Origin: Chiloscyllium plagiosum
Taxonomy: Eukaryota
Reading direction: 5' to 3'
Length of the DNA stretch: 46,882 nt
Assembly (NCBI RefSeq): GCF_004010195.1
Contig: NC_057753.1
Coordinates: 5,915,488-5,962,369 of the forward strand
Part shown: positions 1 to 12,717 of the stretch, piece by piece
Layout: every line of letters begins with the position of its first letter
How positions within the stretch are numbered: position 1 is the first letter of the stretch
Translations under genes and position numbers: made by a program
Notes under the pieces: generated by a model
The model's database searches: none
What the model was told of the DNA's origin: nothing
The model's input: only the letters and a program-made list of their open reading frames with translations

Positions 1-330
1 CGTCCTACGCAAGCGCGCTGTGCGGTTGTGATCGAAGGGTGTGGGAGAAGACGGCAAAGGGGGACAATTGGAACCAGTCTGAGAAGGAGCTCGGAGAAAC
101 ATCCGGTGTACGCCGCCACGTGCGATTTCCATGCTCCCGGTCCCGACTTTGCTGCAAATGCTAAACGGCCGAGGGCCTCGGGGTGGGGTTGCATTCGCCG
201 GCCATCTTTGTTCGGGGCAACCTGTGGCCGGCGCATGTGGATCGCCATCTTTGTTCGGGGCAGTGCGCTCCCGGGGGACGTTCGGAAGGCGAGCAGTGAT
301 ACGCGGTGCAAATTCACAGTGTGGTTCGTT
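1..330 (+). promoter_or_regulatory. CpG-rich promoter / first-exon region with two YY1-like and NRF1-like motifs
   Basis: CpG density far above the rest of the window; exact 19-bp direct repeat gccatctttgttcggggca at 201-219 and 244-262 (contains GCCATnTT, YY1-like); gcgcatg (NRF1-like) at 231-237; followed by an exon with splice sites at 491-628. Confidence 0.6.
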
Positions 331-490
331 TACTGAATTTCTGGGGGTGGGTTGCGATTTGGAAACTCCCTTTGTCAGGGAGGTTGGAAGGCGAGGACTT
401 ATGCACGAATTGCAATTTCAGAAATGTTTGTTTATTCTCAATTCCTGTGCCTGGCTGACCATGTACACTCTGTGCGCACTTTCTAAACAG

Positions 491-628
491 GATAATAGAG
501 CAGCATCCACAGACGGCAAGCTCTGAACAAACTGCACAGCGAGATCTGCCACAGTTACCCTATTCACAAGGACTTGGATATCACTGGCCTCTGACCGTGG
601 AGTGATAAAGATCTGGGAAGGATTTCAG
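491..628 (+). other. Putative non-coding leader exon of the zinc-finger gene
   Basis: Acceptor ttttctaaacag| (AG 489-490) and donor cag|gtacgg (GT 629-630); sequence resembles by eye the exon starts at 23634, 28488 and 38410(-). Confidence 0.5.
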
Positions 629-985
629 GTACGGATTTGACTGCAAAAGCACAGGGATATTGGAAATTCTGCTTAGGCCCACTCCTGGAGTCTTCAGCTC
701 TGGATACTCAGGAGGTTGATCCCATACTGGCTGCCTGAAAAATAATTCAGTTTATCTCGTTCGCTTCTCTGATCTTGGAAGCCCTGCAAGCTTATTTACC
801 TTTGGTGCTGATCGAACTTCCTTTATCTTGCACTCATCTGCACTTCCACCACCCACACAGGCAGTGTATTCTGCATATTATCAGTCACTGCATGAAAAGA
901 AAAGCTTGGTCCATTTATATCTATCAGTTTCTTTCCTCTAATCCGATGCCATCACCCTCTGGAAATAACTTTGCCTGCTTTCTTT

Positions 986-1600
986 AGAACATAGAACGTT
1001 ACAGTGCAGTACAGGCTCTTTGGCCCTTGATGTTGTGTTGACCTGTGAAAATAATCTGATGCCCATCTAATTGACACTGTTCCATTATTATCCATATGTA
1101 TATCCAATGCCCATTTAAATGCCCTTAATGTCAGCGAGTCTATTACTGTTGCAGGAAGGCGTTTCCACGCCCCAACTATTCTGAATGACAAAACTACCCC
1201 TAATATCTGTCCTAAATCTGTTACCCCTCAATTTAAAGCTCTGTCCCCTCATGTTAGTCTTCACCATCTGAGGGGGAAAAAGTACTTTATTTAAGCATTT
1301 TGTAATCTTGTACAACTCTATCAACTATCCCAACTACTTTCCTTGAAGGGGAATAATCCCAGTTTTTCCAAACCAAATCTTGTGACTAAAACTTTTTTCT
1401 TCCCAGGAATCGTCTGGTAATTTCTGCTCTGTTATCCTAAGGACATTCGTTCCTGAGGAGTGAGCAGAGATGGACACAATACTTGAGTCGTGACCAAACC
1501 AGACTTTTATAAACTTTTCCCTGCGTTTGTTCCCATTACCTCTGTTTCTGAAGCCAAGATCCAAAATAGTTTTCAACCTGCTCTCGGTATATCCTGTCAC
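986..1600 (-). mobile_element. Old CR1-type LINE 3' fragment
   Basis: tagaacatagaac tail; minus-strand remnants 'RGQSFKLRGNRFRTDIRG' and 'RIVGAWKRLP' match the CR1 ORF2 C-terminus. Confidence 0.75.
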
Positions 1601-1830
1601 CTTTGTAAAAGGTTTTGCACGCATGCGTCGGCCACAGGTTGCCCCCCAAAAAGATGGCAGGGGTGCCCGTTTCTGCATCAGCCCTCAGCCCTGCTCTTTC
1701 AATTTGTGCCCTTCAGAATATGTTCACTTGCCCCACTTCTTTTGTGTTTTCTAAAGAAGAATCAACTTTGATACAAAATATTAACTTGCCTTCTCTCCCA
1801 TTGAATCATAGAGCTTTAAAGCATGGATTG

Positions 1831-2151
1831 ATTAGATTTTAGATTAGATTACATTACAGTGTGGAAACAGGCCCTTCAGCCCAACAAGTCCACACCGACC
1901 CGCTGAAGCATAACCCACCCATACCCCTACATTTACCCCTTACCTAACACTACGGGCACTATAGCATGGCCAATTCACCTGATCTGCACATCTTTGGACT
2001 GTGGGAGGAAACCGGAGCACCCGGAGGAAACCCACGCAGACACAGGGAGAACGTGCAAACTCCACACAGTCCGTCGCCTGAGGCGGGAATTGAACCCGGG
2101 TCTCTGGCGCTGTGAGGCAGCAGTGCTAACCACTGTGCCACCGTGCCGCCC
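1831..2151 (-). mobile_element. HE1-like tRNA-derived SINE, full length
   Basis: Minus strand reads gggcggcacggtggcacagtggttagc (A box) ... gggttcaattccc (B box), V-SINE core gggtttcctccgggtgctccggtttcctccca, CR1-like 3' end and (aatct)n tail. Confidence 0.9.
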
Positions 2152-2229
2152 ACTGCCACCGTGCCTTTGACACATCATGTGTGTCATGATGTGTCAAAGG
2201 ATTGATGCCTTTGACACATCATGTTGGCT

Positions 2230-3415
2230 CTAATCTTCAAGCACCTATCTACCCTCATCCCATTTCCCAACAGCTGGCGCAAAGCCCTGTGTGCTTTGGT
2301 TCTTCAAGTGATCATCTGCATACTTAAAACATTGTCATAGTTTCTCCACCAAACTTTCAGGCAGTGAGTTCCAGATACCTCGCCACACTCTGGGTGCAAA
2401 TGTTCTTCCTTAACTGCCCTTTAAGTTTTCTGCTGTTTACAGCGATTCTATTCCCTCTGCTATTGATCCCTCTACAAAGGGATAACATTGCTTCCTAACT
2501 CTGCCCCTCATAATCTTTACACATCCATTGTGTTTCCCCATCCTCACCATCCCCAGAAGCTTTCTCTGGCCTATGAAAAATATATAATTTGTGTGGTCTC
2601 CCTTCATAGCTGAAATACTTCATCCTAGACAACATCCTGATGAATCTCCTCCATACCCCTCCCATTGCAATCTGTTCCCCCTCTAATGCATTTGAATCCT
2701 TTCTGTTGTGTGTCAACCAGAACTGCAACTCCCAGCTGTGGCTTAACTGATGTATTATACAGCTTCTTGCCTAATAAATGTAAATATGCCATTAGTGTTT
2801 ATAACCGCCTTATCCACCTGTTCTGCTGCCTTCAAGGATCTGTACACTTTACCACCAAGTTCTTTCTGATCCTCTGTACTTTCTAAGGTCTGTCTGTTGA
2901 TCATGTACTCTCTTGTCTTGTTAATTCTCTTAAAATGTATCATAGAATCATAGGATTTTACAACATAGAGAAACGCCATTCAGCCCATGTTTGTATCTGC
3001 CCTTGAATGAGCTATGCAGCTAGTTCCATCCTCCATTCCTGTCTCTGTAGCCTTAAAATTTCACCACTTTCAAATACGTAACCTGCTGTCTTTTGAAATC
3101 TCCTTTGGAATCCACCTCCATCACTCTCCCAGGCAGTTCATTCCAAATCATACCAACTGTCTGAGTGAAGAAAGTTTCTCCTTATCTCTCACATGGCTCC
3201 CTTCCTGACAGTCTTGAAATTGTGACCCCACCAGTTACTGACAAACCAACTAATGGACCTCCTTTATTCATAATTTTGAATACATCAAAAAGTTACCTCT
3301 TAATTTTCTCAGCTCCAAGAAGAATAAGCCCAGTCTCTCTGATTTTTCCTTGCATGTAAAATCCTTCATTCTGGGAAATCTCCATTGCATTTTGTTCCAG
3401 GGCTTGAATATCCTT
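2230..3415 (-). mobile_element. Degraded CR1 LINE fragments
   Basis: Minus-strand remnants 'QFWLTHNRKD..ALE..RRFIRML' and 'ELGGKVYRSLKAAEQVDKAV'; second tail catagaatcatag near 2940. Confidence 0.65.
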
Positions 3416-3417
3416 AA

Positions 3418-3546
3418 GGAGAAAGTGAGGTCTGCAGATGCTGGAGATCAGAGCTGAAAATGTGTTGCTGGAAAAGCGCAGCAGGTCAGGCAGCATCCAG
3501 GGAACAGGAGAATCGACGTTTCGGGCATAAGCCCTTCTTCAGGAAT
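3418..3546. mobile_element. Penelope-like pLTR-derived mini-element with hammerhead-like core
   Basis: gagaaagtgaggtctgcagatgctgg...; minus strand cctgaagaagggcttatgcccgaaacgtc; flanked by gaatatccttaa (3406-3417) and gaatatgcttaa (3543-3554). Confidence 0.7.
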
Positions 3547-3568
3547 ATGCTTAAATAAGGTTCCCAGA

Positions 3569-3803
3569 ATGAGTTTGCACATTCTCCCCGTGTCTGCATG
3601 GGTTTCCTCCGGGTGTTCCGGTTTCCGCCCACAATCCAAGAATGTGCAGGTTAGGTGTATTGGCCATACTAAATTGCCCGTAGTGCTAGGTGAAGGGGTA
3701 AATGTAGGGGAATGGGTCTGGGTGGGTTGTGCTTCGGCGGGTCGGTGTAGACTTGTTGGGTCGAAGGGCCTGCTTCCACACTGTAAGTTATCTAATCTAA
3801 TCT
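3569..3803 (+). mobile_element. HE1-like SINE, 5'-truncated
   Basis: Core gagtttgcacattctccccgtgtctg...gggtttcctccgggtg and tctaatctaatct tail. Confidence 0.85.
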
Positions 3804-3979
3804 AAAACGACATACAATATTCCAAAAATGGTGGAACCAATGATTTTTAGAGGTGAAGCACCATATCCTTGCTTTTGTACTCTATGCCTTTAAGTATAAG
3901 CCCAAAAGTCCTATAATCCTTCATAATAACTTTTTCAACTTGGCTGGAAACTTTCAGAGAATCATGCACATGAGCCATT

Positions 3980-4715
3980 TCACCAACCTTCGTGTCATCA
4001 GCAAACCTACCAACCCACTCTTTCACATCCACATCTAAGTCATTTATAAAAATCACAAAGAGTAGAGGTACCAGGACCGATCCCTGCAGAACACCACTGG
4101 TCACTGAGCTCCATTTACTACCACCTTCTGTCTTGTATGGGCCAGCCAATTCTGTATCCAGGTAGCCAATTTTCCTGTATCCCATGCTTCCTGAATGAGC
4201 CAACTGTGGGGAACTCAAGGACATTGTGAAACTTGTTTTGAGAAGATTTATAAGGATGTTGCCAGGGTTGGAGGATTTGAGGTGTAGGGAGAAGCTGAAA
4301 AGGCTGGGGCTTTTTCCCTGGAGCATCGGAGCTATGGGGTGACCTTGTAGAGGTTCATAAAATCATGAGCTTGGATAGGGTAAATAGACCAGATCTTTTG
4401 CCTGGGATGGGGAGTCCAGAACTAGAGGGCATAGGTTTAGGGTGAGAGGGGAAAGATATAACAGGGGCCTCAGGGTATTTTGTTCACACAGAGGGTAATA
4501 CATGTATAGAATGAGCTGCCAGAGGAAGTGGTGGAGGCTGGTACAAATACAGCATTTAAAAGGCATCTGGATGGATATATGAATAGGAAGGGTTTAAAGG
4601 GATGTGCGCCGGGTGCTGGTAGGTGGGACTAGATTGGTTTGGGACATCTGGTCGGCATGGACGGGTTGGACCTGAAGGGTCTGTTTCTGTGCTGTACATC
4701 TCTGTGACGCTGTGA
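3980..4715. mobile_element. CR1 RT segment (-, 3980-4215) joined to CR1 3' end (+, 4215-4715)
   Basis: Minus 'TSGVLQGSVLVPLLFVIFINDLD..FADDTKVG'; plus strand carries agagggcataggtttagggtgagaggggaaag and a 3' tail. Confidence 0.75.
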
Positions 4716-4719
4716 ATCT

Positions 4720-5830
4720 ATCCACTGCTCTTAACTCCATCCATGTGTTTTGTCACAGCCTCAAAGAATTCAGTCTGGAGCTATCTCTAATTAACCCAAA
4801 TGTCCCTTTGCTGCTATACTCCCTTCAAAGTTTTACATGTATTGTATTGTCTCTCTGTCTTTCTTCGAACAAGGTAACATGACTTCGCATTTCTCAGCAT
4901 TGAAGGTTGTTTGCCAGGTGTCTGCCCCATTTGGCCGACTTGTCACTGTCTCTCTCAAGTCACTCAGTGTCATCGTCAGTATTCGCTATTCGCCCTCGCT
5001 TAGTAGCATCTGCAAATTTAGAGATTTTGCCCTCAACATTAATCTCCAAATTGTTTGTACAAATTAGAAAAAAGTAAAGGTCCAAACACCAGGGAGCACC
5101 ACTTCCAAATCGTCTCCAATCTGGGAAGTGCCAATCTATATCTACCCTCTGTTTCCTTCCTTTTAGCCAACTTCTCACCCATGCTGCCGAGGACCCATCA
5201 ATGGCAAACATTTTCTAATTTGGTAACCAATCTGCCATGTAGCACCACATTAAATGCTTTTGGAAAATCTCAAAGAAGCGCCATCCACTGCACGACCCTC
5301 CTCAATGCCTGTGCAGCTTCAATTCACTCCGTTAAGTTTGTTAGACGTGACTTGCCCTTGATAAAGCCTCATTGACTGTGAGGTATGAGCTTATTATTCT
5401 CTAAGTGTATATTATAACCTCCATCAGGCAGGAGAAAGTGAGGACTGCAGATGCTGGAGATCAGAGTCGCGAGGGTGGTGCTGGAAAAGCGCAGCAGGTC
5501 AGGCAAAATCCAAGGAGCAGGAGAATCGACGTTTTGGGCCACCGGCCCTTCATCAGGAATGAGGCGGAAATGACGATTCCTAATGAAGGGCTTATGTCCG
5601 AAACCTCAGTTCTCCTGCTCCTCGCATGCTGCCTGACCTGCTGTGCCTTTTCAGCACCACACTCTCGACTATAACCTCCACCAGTTTTTCAGTTATTGAC
5701 GTCAAGCTGACAGGTCTGTAGTTCCCAGGGTTGTCCTTGGTCCCATGACTTCAAAGAAGGTTTCAGGATTACATTCAATTTGCCAGCATCTGCCAAGCCT
5801 ATCTATTCGGCCTACAGTCTAAGGCTTTCT
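4720..5830 (-). mobile_element. Old CR1 ORF2 (RT) remnant
   Basis: ORF 4960-5211: 'WVRSWLKGRKQRV...NNLEINVEGKISKFADATK'. Confidence 0.7.
5428..5669. mobile_element. Penelope-derived inverted-pair mini-element with 15-bp TSD
   Basis: Two opposed copies of the 3418 unit; flanks tataacctccatcag (5413-5427) and tataacctccaccag (5670-5684). Confidence 0.75.
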
Positions 5831-5883
5831 GCCTCACTATTTGACACACCAGATAATTTGTGTATCATCTGTTAACTTGCTGA

Positions 5884-7460
5884 TCATAGAACATAGAACT
5901 GTACTGCGCAGGAATGGGCTCTTGGTCCGGCTTTCCTGATGAACAGCTCTTGCCCGAAACGGCGATTCTCCTGCTCCTCGGATGCTGCCTGATCTGGTGT
6001 GCTTTTCCAGCATCTGCAGCCTTTACTTTCTCCTTTGGCCCACGATATTGTGCCGAACATGATGCCAAATTTAACTAATCTCTTCTGCCTGTCCATATCC
6101 CTCCATTCCTTGCAATTTTCATGTGCTGAGCTAAAAGTCCCTTAAATGCCCCATTGTATCTGCCTCCAGCACTACCCGTGGCAGTGTGCTCTACACTCCT
6201 GCCACACTGTGTTTAAAAAAAATCTTGCCCGTCACATCTCCATTCAATTTTCTCCTGCTCACCTTAAAAGCATGCCCCCTAGTTTTAGACATCAGGGGAA
6301 AGATTCTGTCTGTCACCCCTATCTATGCATCTCATAATTTTACAGACTTCTATCAAGTCTCTCTTCTGCCTCCGTCACTCCAGAGAAAACTGCCTGCGTT
6401 TTTCCAGCCTCTCCTTATAGTTCATGGCCTCTAATCCCGGCAGCATCCTGGTAAACCTCGTCTGCACCTTCTCCAAAGCCTCCACATCCTTCCTGTGATG
6501 TGGCGACTAGAAGTGAACGCGATGCTCTTAATTGCGGCCTAACCAAGGTCTTACAAAACTGCAATATGACTTCCTGACTCTTGTACTCCATTCCCTGACC
6601 AATAAAGGTGAGCATGCCATCCGCCTCCTTTCCCACCCTATCTACCAGCGTGGCCACTTTCAGGGAGCTATGGATTTGAATCCCAAGATCCCTCTGTAAT
6701 GCTCAGGGTCCTGCCATTAACTGTAAACCTTGCCTTAACATTCAATCTTATGAAGTGCAGCATCCCATGCTTACAAGGGTTAAACTCAAAGTACAGTTTC
6801 TCCACCCATATCTGCAAGTGACCTATATCCCACTGTCTCCTTTGAACATCTTTGACATAATCCACAACTCCACCAATCTTTGTATCATCTGCAAACTTAT
6901 TAATCCATCCATCCATCTACGTTTCAAGTCATTTATGTATTTATATATACACACACACAGTATGGATCCCTAGACCTTCTTCAGGAAAGGCTTATGCCCG
7001 AAACGTCGATTCTCCTGTTCCCTGGATGCTGCCTGACCTGCTGCCCTTTTCCAGCAACACATTTTCAGCTCTGATCTCCAGCATCTGCAGTCCTCACTTT
7101 CTCTTGTCCATGTGCAGGCCAGTTCTGAATCCGTGTGGCCAAGTGACCGTGGATCAAACTTATTTTAATCTTCCTGATGAGCCTATCATGAGGGACCTTG
7201 TCAAAAGCCTTACTAAAATCCGTGTAGGCAACATGCACTGCTCTACATCATCAATCACTTTCATCACATCCTAGAAAAATTCAGTCAAGTTAGTAAGACA
7301 TGACCACCCCTGCACAAAGCCATGCAAACTGTCCCTAATCAGGCCGTACGTTTCCAAATCTGCATAAATCCTATCCCTAAGAATTCTCTCCAATAGCTTC
7401 CCAACCACCACTGTGAATCTCACCAGTCTGTAGTTTCCTCAAATATCTCTTCTTGAACAG
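5884..7460 (-). mobile_element. CR1 LINE 3' half (older host element), with Penelope-derived inserts at about 5933-6032 and 6975-7105
   Basis: catagaacatagaac tail; ORFs 'INKFADDTKIGGVVD' and 'GMEYKSQEVILQFCKTLVRPQL'. Confidence 0.8.
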
Positions 7461-7465
7461 AACAT

Positions 7466-10400
7466 GAGACCATAAGACCTTAAGACATAGGAGTGGAAGC
7501 AAGCTCATTTGGCCATCCTGTCCACTCCGGCATTTAATCGTGGCTGATTGGCATTCCACTTACCCGCACTCTCCCCGTAGCCCTTAATTCCTTGTGAGAT
7601 CAAGAATTTATCAATCTCTGCCTCGAAGGCACCCAACATCGCGGCCTCCACTGCGCTCCGCGGCAATGAATTCCACAGGCCCACCACTCTCTGGCTGAAG
7701 AAATATCTGCTCATTTTTCTCACTGTTTAAAAGGTTGTCCAGGCCTGTGTTCTTTTTTTCCAAAGTGCAAGACCTCGCATTTGCTCACGTTGAATTTCAT
7801 CAGCCATTTCCTGGACCACTCTCCTAAACTGTCCAAATCTTTCTGCAGCCTCCCCACCTCCTCAGTACTACCTGCCTGTCCACCTAACTTTGTATCATCG
7901 GCGAACTTCGCTAGAATGCCCCCAGTCCCTTCATCCAGACCATTCATATATAATGTGAACAGCTGCGGCCCCAACACTGAACCCTGCGGGACACCACTTG
8001 TCATCGGCTGCCATTCCGAAAAGAACCTTTTTATCCCAACTCTCTGCCTTCTGTCAGACAGCCAATCCTCAATCCATGCCAGTAGCTCATCACGAACACC
8101 ATGGGCCCTCAACTTACTCAGCAGCCTCCCGTGAGGCACGGTAATAAAGGCCTTTTGAAAGTCTAGATAGATAACAACATCCACTGGGTTTCCCTGGTCT
8201 AACCTACTTGTTACCTCTTCAAAGAATTCTAACAGGTTTGTCAGGCATGACCTCCCCTTACTAAATCCATGCTGACTTGTTCTAATCTGACCCTGCATTT
8301 CCAAGAATTTAGAAATCTCATTCTTAATTCTATAATTTTACCTACAACCGTAGTTGGACTAATCGGCCTATAATTTTCCATCTTTTGTCTTGATCCTTTC
8401 TTGAACAAGAGGTTACAACAGCGATTTTCCAATCATCTGGGACTTTTCTGGACCCCAGAGATTTTTGAAAGATTACAACCAACGTCTCCGCTATTTCATC
8501 CGATACCTCCCTCAGAACTCGCGGACGTAGCCCGTCGGGGCCAAGAGATTTATCAATTTTTAGACCTTTTAGCTTTTCTAGCACTTTCTCTTTTGTTATG
8601 GCTACCATATTCAACTCTGCCCCTTCACTCTCCTTAATTGTTGGGATATTACTCATGTCTTCCAGTGTGAAGACTGACACAAACATTCTTCAGCTATTTC
8701 CTTATCTCCCATCACTAGCCTTCCTACATCAGTTTGGAGCGGCCCAATTCCTACTTTTACCTCTCGTTTGTTTGTTATGTATTGAAGGAAACATTTACTA
8801 TCATCCCTAATATTACTGGCTTGCTTACCTTCATATTTGATCCTCTCCTTCCTTATTTCTCTCTTTCTTATCCTCTGTTTTTGTGGTCTTCCCAATCTTC
8901 TGATTTCCCAGTGCTCTTGGCCACTTTATTAGCTCTCTCTTTTTCTGTGATACATTTCCTGACTTCCTTTGTCAGCCATGGCTGTCTAATCCCACCCCCG
9001 GATAATCTTTCTTTTCTTTGGGAAGAACCTCTGTACAGTGTCCTCAATTACACCCAGAAACTCCTGCCATTGTTGCTCTACTGTCTTCCCCGCTCGGCTC
9101 TACTTCCAGTCGATTTTCGTCAGTTCCTCTCTCATACCCCTGTAATTACCTTCATTTAACTGTAACACCATTCCATCTGACGTTGCCTTCTTGCTTTCAA
9201 ACTGCAGACTGAACTCTGCCATATTATGGCTGCTGCCTCCTAAGTGTTCCCTTACTTTAAAGCTCTTTTATAAAGTCTGGCTCATTACATAGTACTAAGT
9301 CCAGAATAGCCTGCTCCCTTGTGGGCTCTATCACAAGCTGCTCCAAAAAAGCCATCCTGTAAGTAATCCATGAATTCCCTTTCTTAGGGTGCACCGGCCA
9401 CGTTACTCACCCAGTCCACCTGCATATTGAAGTCCCCCATGATCACCGTGACCTTGCCTTTCTGACATGCCTTCTCTATTTCCTGGTCCCTGGTCCTGAC
9501 CACTGCTGGGAGGTCTGTACGTAACTCCCATTATGGGTTTTTTTTGCCTTTGTGGTTCCTTGACCGCACATCATCTGACCCTATGTCATTCAGTGCCATA
9601 GATTTAATCTTATTCTTAACTAACAAGGCAACCCCGCCCCCTCTGCCCCGTCTTTTCGATAAGTTGTAAATCCTTGGATGTTTAACTGCCAGTCCTGAAC
9701 CCCCTGCAACCACGTCTCTGTGATGCCTCCCACATCATAATCATTCACGATGATTTCTGCTGTTAATTCATCTGCTTTGCTATGAATACTACGGGCATTT
9801 AGAAGCATCTTAATGTTAATTTTCTTATCCTTTCCATCATCTCTAGTTGAATGTCCTCAGTTATCCTTCCTTTTTGCTCCTAGACTGCCTTGAACTGAAA
9901 CCCTGCACACATGCTAACCTGCTGCTTATCTTTCTACCTGATTCCATACTCTCTGTTGCTCTCCCTTTCCCTTCCCCTGACTCACAAGTTTGAAGTCCTA
10001 GTGACCACCCTATTGATCCTTTTCACCAGAACGCTGGTTCCAGATCGGTTCAGGTGGAGGCCGTCCCATTGGTACAGATCGCCCCAGTTCCAAAACTGAT
10101 GCCAATGACCCATGACATGGAATCCCTCTTTCCCACACCAATCTCTTAGCCATGTTGTTACTTCCCTAATTTTCTTATCCCTATGCCAATTAGCACGTGA
10201 CTCGGGCAGTAATCCAGAGATTATTACCCCTGAGGACCTGCTCTTCAATTTCCGTCCTAGTGCTTGATAATCCCCAAACAGATCCTCCTTCCTAGCCTTG
10301 CCGATGTCATTAATGCCAACGTGGACCACAACTGGATCCTCTCCCTCCTGCTCAAACATTCTTTCAAGCCGGTCGGAGATGTCCTACATCCTGGCACCGG

Positions 10401-10720
10401 GCAGGCAACACACCATGAGGGACTCCCGATCCGGCTCACAAAGGAATACTATCTGTCCCCCTAATTATAGAATCCCCTACAACAACAACTTGTCTGCTTG
10501 CTCCCCTGTTGAATGGCCTTCTGCACCATGGTGCCATAGTCAGCTGGCTCATCCTCCCCACAGCCCTTTCCCTCATCCATACGGGGAGCAAGAATCTCAT
10601 ACCTGTTGGACAAGGTCAAGGGCTGAGGCTCCTCCGCTCCCGAACTCAGAATCCCCCTACCTGCCTCACTTACAGTCACACCCTGTTGTTCCTGATCATG
10701 AACTGAGTTTGAATTACTTA
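7466..10720 (-). mobile_element. Long CR1 LINE (ORF1 esterase + ORF2 APE endonuclease/RT), frameshifted
   Basis: ORF1 SGNH-like 'DPVVVHVGINDIG..DGLHLNRSG' (9982-10359); endonuclease 'LNARSI..DVGGITETWL' (9620-9808); RT 'QHGF..SCLTNLL..YLDFQKAF..GVPQGSVLGP..FADDTK' (7720-8304); (tcttatgg)-like tail at 7466-7490. Confidence 0.92.
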
Positions 10721-11095
10721 ACCTGCTCAGAGGTACTTGCCAAACCTCCAGGATGTCTCCAGTGGCTGGTGAGGATACAAAGGTGTTGGTCAAGGACCCA
10801 GCAATCTCCTCTGATGCCCCCCTCAATAACCTGGGGTAGATACCCTCAGGCCATGGGGACCTATCCACCTCTTAATGCTCTTCAAGAGATCTGACACACT
10901 TCTGTCATGAACTCAAAAGTGCCCTGGCATATTAGTAAGCTCCACACAAAATTCACTATCCTTCAAATCCATTTTCTGGATTAATTCCGTTGTTAGGTAT
11001 TTATTTAGGATCTCAATATACATTCTCTGCCTCCAAGCACAAGTGCCCTCCTTTATCCTTGAGTGGTCCTACTTTATCCCGAGTTATCTTCTTCG

Positions 11096-11500
11096 AGTCA
11101 CAGAGATGTACAGCACGGAAACAGACCCTTCGGTCCAACTTGTCCACGCCGACCAAATATCCTAACCTCGTCTAGTCCCATTTGCCAGCACTTGGCCCAT
11201 ATCCCCCCAAACCCTTTCCTATTCATGTGCCCATCCAAATGCCTCTTAAATGTTGTAATTGTACCATCCTCCACCACTTCCTCTGGCAGCTCATTCCATA
11301 CACGTACCACCCTCTGTGTGAAAAGGCTTCCCCTTAGGTCTCTTTTATATCTTTCCCCGCTCACCCTGAACCTATGCCCTCTAGTTCTGTACTCCCCCGC
11401 CCCAGGGAAACGACCTTGTCTACTTGCCCTATCCATGCCCGTCATGATTTGTCAGGACACCCCTCAGCCTCCGACATTCCAGGGAAAACAGCCCCTCATT
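11096..11500 (-). mobile_element. Young CR1 (HER1-like) 3' end
   Basis: ORF 11098-11445 'RTRGHRFRVSGERYKRDLRGSLFTQRVVRVWNELPEEVV'; 3' end shared with the HE1-like SINE tail. Confidence 0.85.
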
Positions 11501-12717
11501 CTCCACGTCTGTCTCGAAGCCTTGCAATTCTGTTGAACCCTACTTGCCAAGGCCCTTGTGCTAATTCCCAGCTTGATTAGTTTGCTGCTTTCCTTAATTT
11601 CCCCATTGTCCCTGCTTGGTTTTAGCTTCCGAAACTATGCATGTGCTTCTTTTTTGCCTGATTTCCAAACATCCTCATTATCCACAGGCCCCTTTACCTT
11701 GCTATCCTTGTACTTCCACCTTACTGGACAATGCCATTCTTGAACACTTCCCAACATTAGGTACTTGCCAGTCCATCAGGACATCTCCAGTGGCTAGCGA
11801 GGATCCAAAGGTGTTGGTCAAGGACCCAGCAATCTCCTCTGATGCCCCTCTCAATCACCTGGGGTAGATACCCTCAGGCCATGGGGTCCTATCCACCCCT
11901 TAATGCTCTTTAAGAGATCTGACACACTTTCATGAACTCAAAGTGCCCTGGCGTATTAGTATGCTCCACACAAACTTCACTATCACTGCCTGAACAGTTC
12001 CCACGTGTGGACTTGCCTGATAACAGCTCCTGCCTAATACTCATGTAATTTGCCCTGCCCCAATTTCGTAGCATCCCGCAGGGTCCAGACTTATTCCTGT
12101 TCACAGCTGTCTTAAACAGAAACCTAAGGGGTTGTGATCAATGTTTCCATAATGCTCTCCCACTGAAAGGTCAGTCACCTGGCCAGGCTCATTAGTCAAT
12201 ACAAGGCCCCGTGTGGGTGCCTTCTCGAGTGGACTATCCACATACGGTTTCGAGAAACCCTCTTGCTTGCACCTGACAAATTCCGCCCCATCTAAGCCAC
12301 TTACTCTGTGAGAGTCCCCAGTCAATATTGGGGAAGTTAAAGTCACCCACTTGACAACTCTTTTTATTGCACCTTTCTGTAGTTTGCCTACATATTTGTT
12401 CCACAATCTCTCTGCTGTTGAGGGCCTATAGTATAACCATCTCACCGTGACTGCACCAATCGTATTTTTGAGCTCTTCCCAGATTGCTTCACAGGATGAG
12501 CCCTCCAGTACGTCACCTCTGAGTGCAGATGTGACATTCTCCCTAACTAGTAATACAACTCCTCCACCTCTTTTACCTCCCTCTCAATCTCGGCTAAAAC
12601 AACGAAACGTTAGCAGCCAGTCCTGTCCCTCCCTCAACCAAGTCTCTGTAATGGCCACAACATTACCGTCCAATGTAGTAATCCATGCTCTAAGCTCATC
12701 TGTTCTACCTGTGATGA

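Noticed and set aside
28..526. ORFs 28-336 and 131-526
   Set aside because: GC-rich promoter sequence with no domain signature; the repeated peptide only reflects the 19-bp DNA repeat.
1959..2187. tRNA-like A/B boxes and recurring short ORFs (GFPPGAPVSSHSPK)
   Set aside because: These are SINE heads and cores; no complete cloverleaf, so not tRNA genes or proteins.
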